A stretch of 43,797 nucleotides of DNA from Octopus bimaculoides (lineage: Eukaryota). The stretch covers positions 24,869,300 through 24,913,096 of the forward strand of contig NC_069000.1 in the NCBI RefSeq assembly GCF_001194135.2, in the 5' to 3' direction. Of this stretch, positions 10,891 through 20,764 are shown one piece after another; position 1 is the first letter of the stretch, and each line of letters opens with the position of its first letter. A model generated the notes under the pieces. It ran no database searches. It saw only the letters and a list, made by a program, of their open reading frames with translations, and had not been told where the DNA came from. Made by a program: the position numbers and the translations under genes.

Positions 10891-13485
10891 GGTCACCAGA
10901 CAGCAGGGTGCATGGGTGCTCCTAAATACAAAGATCCTATCTGGTGAAGAATGTACCCCCCAGCAAACCAATCTGGAAAAGAAGGATTTGGAAGCTTAAG
11001 GACCCTTCATATGGTCAGAGATTTAGGGACATCCTAAGTGAGAAATTTGAGGAGAGTGAGGAGGAGCTACAAACTTGTGACATAGAGGTCATCTGGGAAA
11101 TCCTGCAGGACAGCTTGCTGAGTGCCACAGACCAAATCTGCAGCTGGTGCAAAGTACCATCCAGACCTAAGGTGACGTGGTGGTGGAATGATACAGTAGA
11201 CAGGGCCATCAGAGAAAAGAAACAGGCTTGGAAGAGTGGGGATAGCAGGGAACTGTATCAGATAGCCAGAAAGGAAGCTAGGAGACAGGTATATCTAGCC
11301 AAGGGAGAAGCAGAAAAGAAGTTTACCAATGTTCAGCGATGTGAAGACCAAAGACTTGAAGTGTTTTGGATTGCAAGACAGTGTGTGAGATAATTGTGAT
11401 ATCACAGGAGAGAAATATGTCCACATGGATGATGACGCACTTTCATTTAATGATTTTGCAAAGAAAGAGGCTTGGAAATGCCTTTATGAAAGACTGCTGA
11501 ATTTGGAGAATGAATCGGAGGAGAAGAGCCTGCCAAATGTTGACCCAATAGAGAGACCAGCTATCCGAATCGACAATACCTTGGTAGATAAAGCAATTAA
11601 GGATATGAAGACAGGGAAAGCCCCCAGCCCATCAGGAATCACCACTGAGGTGCTTAAAATATCTGGCAGTGTGGATTATGGTCTAGTCACCTGTATTGTA
11701 AATCAAGTGGTTCATGAAGGGGTCATACCCAATGACTGGTGTAGCAGCACCATAGTCAACTGCTACAAAGGTGAAGGTGATGCCTTAGAAATAATTACAG
11801 AGGTATCAAATTGTTGGATCAGGTAATGAAAGTTACGGAGGAGGTCATAGCCAAACTAATTAGAGAGAGAGTTAGTCTAGATGAGATGTAGTTTGGTTTT
11901 GTGCCAGGGAGAATCACCACTGATGTTATATTTCGGGTAAGGCAGCTGTAGGAGAAATATATAGCCAAAGATAAACCTCTGTACTTAGCTTTGTCGACTT
12001 GGGGAAAGCCTTTGATAGAGTCCCCTGATTCCTTATCTGGTGGTCAATGCGGAAACTAGGGATCGGTGAGTGTACAAGACACGTACAGGGACGCTACCTG
12101 TAAGGTGAGGGTTGGCAATGAGTACAGTGAAGATTCCAGGGTACAAGTAGGGGTTCACCAAAGATCAGTCCTCAACCCCACTTGTTCATCATAGTCCTCC
12201 AGGCAATAACAGAAAAATTTAAGACAGGCTGTCCCTAAGAGCTCCTCTATGCTGATGACCTTGTTCTTATTGTTGAATCACTACCAGAACTAGAGAAGTT
12301 TCAGGTGTGAAAGCAAAGTCTAGAATTGAAGTGCCTTAGAGTTAACCTAGCAAAAACCAAGGTCTTAGTAAGTAGGAAGGTAGACAGATCACAAATTCCC
12401 TCAGGTAGACGGCCCTGCTTGATCTGTAGAAAAGGCATAGGTAGAAACTCCATAAGATGTACCCGGTGCAAGCTACTGACACATAAGAGGTGCAATAATA
12501 ACAGAGGAAGGCTAACAAGGAAAATAGCTTTTGTGTGTGGAAGATGCACAGGTACAATAAACACTGAAATTGTACAGAAAATAGTTAAAGGTAGTAGACA
12601 GCCTCTGTTATCTAGGTGACCAAGTTAGTAGTGGGGGGTGGATGCTCCGACAACATGGAGAATAAGATTAGGCTGGGCAAAATTCAGAGAGCTCCTACCT
12701 TTGTTGGCAGTGAAACATGGGCTGTAACAGCCAAGGACATACATAGGCTTGAAAGAAATGGAGCCAGTATACTTTGCTGTATGTGCAATGTCAGTGTGCA
12801 TGTTCGACAGAGTGTAAGTGTCATGAGAGAAAAGCTGGGCATAAGAGGCATCAGATGTGGTGTGCAAAAGAGACAACTGCGCTGGTATGGTCATGTGATG
12901 CGTATGGACGAGGACAGCTGTGTAAAGAAGTACCAACCTCTAATTGGGGAGGGAACCTGTGGTAGAGGTAGACACAGGAAGACATGGGTAGAGGTGGTGA
13001 AGCATGATCTTCGAACTTTGTGCCTCACAGAGGCAATGACTAGTGACCGAGAACTTTGGTGATATGTTGTGCTGGAGAAGACTCATCAAGCCAAGTAAAA
13101 TCATAGTCGTGGCTGATGCTGGTGTCACATAACTGGCACCGTGCCAGCAGCACGTAAAAAGTACCTTTTGAGCATTAAACCCCATGGAGGCAAAATGGCT
13201 GATGCCGGTGGCAAGTGAAATGCTCCTTTCACATGTTGGACCTCACGGAGGCAATGACTGAGACCTTTGTCATGCTTGAGAAGAAGACCCATCAAGGCAA
13301 GTAAAATCGCAGTTGTGGCAGATACCGGTGTCATGAAAATGGCACCCATTACATTCTCAGAGTGGTTGGCATTAGGAAGGGTATCCAGCCATAGAAAACT
13401 AAGCCAAATCAGACTTGAGCCCTGGTCAAACCATCTGACCCATGCCAGCATAGGCAATGGATGTTAAATGATGATGATGATGATG
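10890..13485 (+). mobile_element. Larger decayed RTE LINE (endonuclease C-terminus, RT, 3'UTR, (GAT)n tail)
   Basis: WKRRIWKLKD, TWWWNDTV, KTGKAPSPSG, YKGEGDAL, LLYADDLV, Cys-rich insert, RGRHRKTW; many stops and small deletions; tail at about 13468-13485. Confidence 0.92.
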
Positions 13486-14302
13486 AAACGCAATATACGT
13501 TTTTATGTGCTACTGTTAGTTTCATGTGACGGGAGTATGACAGACAACATTTTTAACATGTCTGGTATCTTATTCCAGTTTTAGTTTGGAAACATGTAAG
13601 AGTTGACAACGGGAAGGACCTCCAGCTGTAGAAAATCTGTATCAATAAACTCCATGATAATTTCTGTCTACCTAATTTACCTCTTTACTATAGTCAACCT
13701 GGGACTATAGTAAAAGACGATAGTATAAAACACTTGCCAAAGTTGTGCTGTGATTCTACACCAGAAGAAACTTGGTTTTACACTAGATTTTGACCATACA
13801 ACTATCCAGCACAAAAACTTTGCAAATAAGATCCACCAACCATCTAAACAAGGAGCGTCACTAAATGAAATAATAGTGACATTTAAAAAAAAATTTATCA
13901 TTAGCACAGTTTCATTACTGAAGAATAGGTCTTTGGATTTGCTTATATCATATTCTTGGTGAATTCATCATTTATTTTCTTTTAATTGTTGTTGTTTAAA
14001 CTTTAGGTTAGCACTGAAACATATGACCAAAGCCATTCAAGTTGTGACCATTTAATCTTTTTTCTTTCCAAACTGAGTATATAGGATAACAGTATCCGAC
14101 ATTTCCGTTTTTATTTTGAAAATGGTAGGGTATAATTTTTGGAAGATTTAACTGTAACTAGAGACACTGTGGAGTTCAAACCAAACATTTAAAAGAAATC
14201 ATTTTGTGTCAGAATATGAATTTAGATGTATTGCAAGCAAGAGGTATCCATAGACTCAGCTAATAAGAAAGCAGTTTGGAAAATTGAATAACTACTACTT
14301 AC

Positions 14303-14399
14303 TAAGGCAAAATTTGCTAACCATGGTGTCTTGAAGCGTTCATGTAGCATCCTCATTATTGTAGGGCTGTGACCAAACTTGGCAGCAGCAAACAATAGT
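14303..14399 (-). CDS. SLC7/LAT-like transporter exon (exon 7 equivalent), 97 nt
   Basis: catctttcaacag|A CTA...TTA|gtaagt; (R)LLFAAAKFGHSPTIMRMLHERFKTPWLANFAL versus LAT1 [33 protein letters not shown]. Confidence 0.93.
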
Positions 14400-15853
14400 C
14401 TGTTGAAAGATGATGACATAGATAAAGAGTTTGTAAAGATTAAGGCTTAAGTGTAGTATTAATCACAAGATGAAGATTTACAAGTTGCATTTATCCCAAG
14501 ATTCAGGTTTAAAAATAGTTTTAGTATCAATATTAAGATTTAGACATTGTTTAGTTTCAAAATTATATTTCAGACATGCTAGCCATGACTAAAACACCTA
14601 GTTAGTCTCAAGATTAAGCTTTAGACATTGTGTTAATCAAAATTAAATTTCGAGATATTCATGGTCAAGATTAATATTTAGACATTGTGATGTACATCTA
14701 GTGTTAGTCTGCAGAATTTGGTTGTGTCATTAAAGTACATGTGGTTTGGACGCAGTTGCAACAAACTGAAGAATCTAAAGATTGTGGGAGGTTAAACTTT
14801 GGCTTCAGGGCCATTCTGTAGGTTGTGTTTTTTTTTTTTTGTCTTGCAATGTAATGTGTCATTGCATGGGAAATTTCTGAAAATCGTATCTTCTTCATCG
14901 TGTTTAACTTAGAAGAAGATACAGAGGACTGGTTTCCCAATTTCTTAAAAATAAGTTGACTAGAATAAAAGCGATGATGCCTTTGGACTTTGAAGGGCCA
15001 CATTCCAGGATTAGTGAAATTGATGGCTGAGGCACAGCCTTTGAACCTCTGCAGGTCAATATCTCCAAAAAGAAAAACATGGACATGGTAAAGAACCAAG
15101 GATCTGTTGAGAATGCTTGCATTAAAATGAACTCTGCTGAAGGCACCCAAGGACTGGATGGTGTGTTTTGCTTACAATTCATAGTTAAAACAGGCAGCAT
15201 GTGAAACTTATCAGCCATTCTTTTCTTCATGGTCATAAGATAATTTTAATTAAGCATTGCAAACTAATGAAGCACTCATCAGTTATATGACACACTTTAC
15301 TACTTAAAACACTCGCCTTCCCCACACATAATTTTCATTGTTGTGCAAGATGGGATAAGGCATCGAGTGTTAAATGTATTTGCTGGATACAAGATTGAGT
15401 GCTTGTGACAGGATACAAACCGATGACTCTTCGATCAGTAAGTCACAATCTTATTAACTCAACAAATAAGGGTTTTCTTCCATAGAATTCTAATGAAAGA
15501 TGATCTCTCTATGACAAAGTGTAATGGACCTTATATAATGGAATGGGAAAATGAAATGTGGTGGTCTTCATATTTTTCCTGAGAGGTATTGGCAGTGTAA
15601 ATGATAAGAAACGAAATCAAGTCATGGAACAAATTGACCATTATTTCAGCCTTTGAAAATATTTAAAGGTATGTAATTATGCAAAATGACAATTAAAAGT
15701 TGGTGGTAGGAAGGGTGGTGTTAAAATCTGCGTCATCTCTCAAAAGTTTTATCCAACTTAGGATGGAATCCATTAACATAGATACATATATAACGGGAGG
15801 CAAGGTTCACGATATCGGCTGAATATCGCCTTCTCCCATTAATTTTTGTTCTT

Positions 15854-16254
15854 TGTGGTGTTGCAGGCTCCAGCAGGTGAGAAAAGAAGTCTTAAGTAAA
15901 ATGCAAATTCTCGACCAGTTTTATTTACAAGTTACACTGAAGGTGAAGTGTGTTGCTCTCAGTATGCCATCTCAAGCTGTGTGCGTTCGTTGTATCTCCG
16001 TTACGCTGGCCCGTTGCCTCTGGAGATACGACATGCAGACTAGCCTGGAGACCCAGTATGTTCAGCACGCGCTTGCAGTGAAGAAGAGATAGAATCTGTT
16101 TGTTGGGCCCTTATATCCAGTTTGCCATCACAAGCCTCGTTGTGATCTCGTGCATGGCAAATGGATGCAGGTGAGGTCTCACTCCAGTCTCGGGGATGGC
16201 AATGGCTGCCGCAAGATCTCATCCAATATGGCGCTGACTGCTTGTGCCACTACA
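15854..16254. mobile_element. Possible solo LTR or unclassified GC-richer insertion
   Basis: TG...CA ends with an imperfect inverted terminus (tgtggtg / cactaca) and a minus-strand tgtaaataaaa near one end; no target-site duplication found. Confidence 0.3.
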
Positions 16255-16596
16255 CATATAATGGAAACAGTGTGACAAAGAAGTCTGGAGAAAGGATCTT
16301 TCCAATTGCTTGACCTGCTAGAAATAACAGTAAAATCACATTCCATTATCTTTAAAAAAGAAGTATACAGTAGATACTGCCCTACATATCTCCAAATTAT
16401 CGGAATACTCATGAATGGAATGTTTTTATATGCCTCCTTGATCACAGTTGACCTGGGGCTAAACAACAACAACAGTGATACAATACATACCTTGCTGCTG
16501 GGGTGTTTTTGAACTACTACATATCTTATTGCTACAATGAATGACAACAGCATCATGGATGTTGTTATTGTTAGTGTTTAACCTCAAGTGTGGACG

Positions 16597-17050
16597 TAGG
16601 CATCATTGAGTGGTTACAAAGTTCGCTTCACAATCATGAGTTCCTTGGTTCAATCCCACTGCATGAAATTTCGGACAAATATCTTTTACTACAGCCTCGG
16701 GTTGACCCAAGCCTTATGAGAGAAATGAGAGCAGTGGAAAGTGTTGTGTAGAGGCTCGTTGGATGGATTGACCTAGCAATTCAAAAGTACAACCTTACCC
16801 CATTTGTGTCACGTTCTGTTAAGGACACATGCGTCTGTGGAATATTCAGCAGCGTGTTATACTGATTCAATGATTAGGTTTTCCAGTTGGTCTAACAACT
16901 TGATGTTCGTGCAATGAAATCGTCAAAGGAGTTCATCAGACCCAAGTCAGACCTATGATCAAATGCTATTCATCTTGACCACTTCGTCCTTTTCTACGAC
17001 ATGGTGAATCTAAGCCCTTCATTACAATCCAAGACAACATATGATTTAAG
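16597..17050 (+). mobile_element. Decayed second-family tRNA-like SINE
   Basis: Head gagtggttacaaagttcgcttcacaatcatgagttccttggttcaatccc (A/B-box-like); 3' boundary uncertain. Confidence 0.5.
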
Positions 17051-17169
17051 GGAGATATGGATGTTATATCTTGCATGTCAAACGACCACGTGGTTGGCTT
17101 GTGGATCGTAGATTTTCCAGAATTGTTACCTCTAAAGACTTTAGTAAATGACTACGTTTACGTTCTTAC

Positions 17170-17273
17170 CTTGGCTGGGCCAGGACTGCAGCAATTAGAG
17201 CTCCGATTGAAGAAATGGCAACAAGTACGGAAGTCAACGAAGTTAATGGTTCATAAATGTGCCGAGTGAAATC
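17170..17273 (-). CDS. SLC7/LAT-like transporter exon (exon 6 equivalent, TM8), 104 nt
   Basis: cattattttcag|GAT...CCA AG|gtaag; DFTRHIYEPLTSLTSVLVAISSIGALIAAVLAQP(R) versus LAT1 [35 protein letters not shown]. Confidence 0.9.
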
Positions 17274-17449
17274 CTGAAAATAATGAGGACATTCATGTAT
17301 ACATACATACATACATGCATACATGCATGCATACATACATACATGCATACACACATAAAACACCCCCACACATCTACGTGTGTGTGTGTGGAGAGAGAGA
17401 GAGAGAGAGAGAAAGTATGTATTTGAAGTGGTGCACAGATATTGTATAT

Positions 17450-17516
17450 TAAGAAAAAGGAGGCAGTCAGAATTTTGGATAATTCTTTTTTAGCGCTTTT
17501 TAAATATATATATATC

Positions 17517-17568
<52 letters not shown>

Positions 17569-17617
17569 AAGCACTAAAAAAGAATTATTCAAAATTCTAA
17601 CTGCCTCCTTTTTCTTA
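17450..17617. repeat. 50-bp inverted repeat enclosing a (TA)n(CA)n(TA)n core (MITE-like)
   Basis: Arms 17450-17499 and 17568-17617 differ at 3 positions; TA-rich flanks. Confidence 0.85.
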
Positions 17618-17634
17618 TATATATATATATGGGA

Positions 17635-17867
17635 GAATTTACGAAAAAATCGACAACAGACGAGGACAGGTGGTATAAACAACAAAAGGATGTATTAGTT
17701 TAACGCTCGGATATATAGAGAAAGTCTTTAACGGGAATAGAGAAAGTCTTTAACGTTTCGAGCTACGCTCTTCGACAGAAAGAATAAGGAGAAAAACAAG
17801 GAGAAAAACACGGAGAAAAAAATTTTAAATGTTGTGGTCAGCGATCTATCATGGCGACGAAAAAAAC
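17635..17867 (-). mobile_element. Probable Penelope-like terminal (pLTR) segment with a minimal hammerhead-like motif
   Basis: Minus strand tcttt-CTGTCGA-A-gagc-gta-gctc-GAA-acgt-T-aaaga (17783-17747); Penelope GIY-YIG fragment about 600 nt away across an N gap. Confidence 0.5.
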
Positions 17868-18118
17868 NNNNNNNNNNNNNNNNNNNNNNNNNNNNNNNNN
17901 NNNNNNNNNNNNNNNNNNNNNNNNNNNNNNNNNNNNNNNNNNNNNNNNNNNNNNNNNNNNNNNNNNNNNNNNNNNNNNNNNNNNNNNNNNNNNNNNNNNN
18001 NNNNNNNNNNNNNNNNNNNNNNNNNNNNNNNNNNNNNNNNNNNNNNNNNNNNNNNNNNNNNNNNNNNNNNNNNNNNNNNNNNNNNNNNNNNNNNNNNNNN
18101 NNNNNNNNNNNNNNNNNN
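17868..18118. other. Assembly gap (N run)
   Basis: Run of n; a further 10-nt gap lies at 18429-18438. Confidence 1.
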
Positions 18119-18156
18119 ATATATATATATAGATAGATAGATAGATAGATAGATAA

Positions 18157-18388
18157 GGCGGCGAGCTGGTAGAAGCGTTAGCACGCCGGGCGAAATGCTT
18201 AGCGGTATTTCGTCTGAGTTACGTTCTGAGTTCAAATTCCACCGAGGTTGACTTTGCCTTTCATTCTTTCGGGGTTGGTAAATTAAGTACCAGTTACGTA
18301 CTAGGGTCGATGTAATCGACTTAATCCCTTTGTCTGTCCTTGTTTGTCCCCTCTATGTTTAGCCCTTTGTGGGCAATAAAGAAATAAG
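18157..18388 (+). mobile_element. tRNA-derived SINE, well-preserved copy
   Basis: ggcggcgagctggtagaagcgttagc (A-box-like), gagttcaaattcc (B-box, 18228-18240); flanked by (GATA)n; homologous copies elsewhere in the window. Confidence 0.88.
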
Positions 18389-18439
18389 ATAGATAGATAT
18401 AGATAGATAGGGAGAGAGAGAGAGAGAGNNNNNNNNNNG

Positions 18440-19090
18440 AAAAGGAAAATTCCTGGTTGAACTTCCTGTCGTTAATTAAGAAATATTTCCCTAGAGGCCA
18501 TAAGTATTACAAACTCTTTAACCCCCATAATGTCAAGGTAAGCATTTGACATCATATCTAACATCACGCGCATCAACAAACAACATCGCATCTAGCATCA
18601 CACGCATCAACAAACGCAAAAGTGCACCAACACAATCCCAGCACCAACCTGTAACTTCCGAAACCACACCACCTGCTCTCTAGAAGGATCCTGCCTCTCA
18701 AGGGCTGTAGTATACAGAGCCACCCTTACACCATCCGATGGCATCACTAAGCACTATATAGGTATGACAGCCAATGACTTTAAGAGACGGTGCTTCCAGC
18801 ATATGTACTCCTTCAGAGCCACAGATAGAGAGAACCCCACTTTACTGTCACGTTTTCTCTGGAGACTTTGTGACCTCTGAGACGGAACACTCAGCATCAA
18901 ATGGACTATTGTCGACAAGGCACCACCATATTCACCAGCCGCTACTAATTGCCAGCTCTGCCTCCACGAAAAACTGCATATCCTCTACCAACCGGCAGTA
19001 TCCATCAACAAGAAATACGATCTATCCTACTGCTATCACCAGAGGTATGCGCTTCAGATTTATTTCACCAATATCCAACGCTTCTCCATG
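18440..19090 (+). mobile_element. Penelope-like element fragment (GIY-YIG endonuclease)
   Basis: FPRGHKYYKLFNPHNVKVS; CNFRNHTTCSLEGSCLSRAVVYRA; KHYIGMTANDFKRR; IKWTIVDKAPPYSPAATNCQLCLHEKLHI; one in-frame stop. Confidence 0.85.
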
Positions 19091-19124
19091 CCTGTCTACC
19101 CCTTGTACATAACAGCAGGAGTTA

Positions 19125-19241
19125 ATATGCGCGCACGCGTACATCTATACGCCGTATGCATGCACGTGTGTGTATCATGTGTGTACTCGCGTACTCTTGT
19201 GCGTGCATGTGCATATGCTCATGTGGATAGATACATGCGAG

Positions 19242-19274
<33 letters not shown>

Positions 19275-19295
19275 CTGTATGTATGTATGTATATA

Positions 19296-19326
<31 letters not shown>

Positions 19327-19560
19327 GTATACATATGTGTGCGTGTGTGTGTGTGTGCTTGCGCGCGCGTGCAGATGTGTGAATGTACACCTATGTACGC
19401 GCGCATGCGCTCGCATTATTACAGGCACACACATACACATAGATGTATAAGCACATGTGAATGTACACCTATGCACACACGCATACACTCGCATAAATAC
19501 AGCCACAAACACACACGCAGATATATAAGCACATACACACGCTAAACGTATACACTTGCA
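19125..19560. repeat. Compound alternating purine-pyrimidine microsatellite (GT/CA/TA/GC)
   Basis: Directly visible; source of several spurious ORFs in the track. Confidence 0.9.
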
Positions 19561-19868
19561 CATCTACCGCCTCTTTCTACTTTCTCCCTCATCCCCACAA
19601 CAGCGCTACCGATTTCATGTCCGCCACTCGGTCAATTTCCTGTTCACCATGCGGTATTTTCCAAGTAATTGTTGTCGCTGAAATACCAACATCAAACTGT
19701 GATACTGTGTGACCCTTCTTAATCAATCGCAGGCTAACGCCTAGCAATAAACAGTGACTCTCTCCCATCAACATCTCATTCTAATTCCAATGGCTCAAGA
19801 CTTAGCATCACGCTTGAAACTTAAAGTACCAAGGAATTTGAATCAAACTGTTTGATCTATACACACAC

Positions 19869-20377
19869 ATAAGAGATGCAACTCTTTTTAACCCAGGAGG
19901 ATGACTCTTCCAGTTAGTAGTCAACGACACAATATCTGTGTCCGTTATAGTGCAAACATGGGAGCGAACAACTCCCATCCAGGACCGGTAGACCAGTTAG
20001 TTTGAAGTGATAACAACCATTACTTTTCAGTAGAGTTATTACTTGCATCTCTTATAGAGATTTTAGAATTAGCTACTTTGCATGTTGCAAGACCAGCGGC
20101 TGAATGTTGCTTATTTATTTATATAAAGCTAACTGGGACGAACGACTGCCATGTCTGACAGGTGTACCAGTACTGAGGCAAGGTAAGACACTGAAACAAG
20201 CTGGTCTACTGTTCCTGTCACCGCTGGATGGGAGATGTTCGCTCCCTTGTTTGCAATATAACAGACACAGTTACTGTGTCGTTAACCAGCTCGAGGAGGT
20301 GACTTCCTGGGGTTAAAAAGAGTATTAACATCGTTCTTTACGGAACATCCACTTTGAGGTGGTAACAACCATTACTT
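19869..20377. repeat. Nested inverted and direct repeat, probably rearranged non-autonomous DNA transposon(s)
   Basis: About 125-bp arms at 19881-20005 and 20191-20323; 13-bp IR 19869-19881 / 20043-20055; 25-bp DR 20001-20025 / 20353-20377. Confidence 0.7.
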
Positions 20378-20707
20378 CATATATATATGCGTGCGTGCGC
20401 GCGCGCATGCGCCCGCATTAATACAGGCGCGCACACACACACACCAATTCGTCAATGTCAGCCTCAAATTCATCATTGTGAGCCTCATTAGCAGTCTCGA
20501 TTAGGCTGCTGTCCATCTCGAGCTGTCAACTTAAATTTTGCCGTTGTCATCAATGTATTATGTAGTATTTTTTTTTCTTTTCTTTTATGAACAGAGCATG
20601 ATATTTACAAATAATCTGTGATTACTTGTAATAAAATGTAAACATTTGAACGCTTTATAAAGAATTGCAAGTTTTGTAGGATGGAAACTGTCGCCCCTTA
20701 CATTACC

Positions 20708-20748
<41 letters not shown>

Positions 20749-20764
20749 TACACGCATACACTTT

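Noticed and set aside
14704-15236. Two overlapping minus-strand ORFs (148 and 110 aa)
   Set aside because: No recognisable domain in any frame; possibly an old transposon relic but unsupported.
16179-16556. 125-aa minus-strand ORF with hydrophobic stretches
   Set aside because: No SLC7 or other recognisable motif; the exon chain is complete without it.
17829-18235. ORFs spanning N runs, and ORFs built on microsatellites (19088-19563, 27199-27677, 30652-30834)
   Set aside because: Artefacts of gaps and simple repeats.
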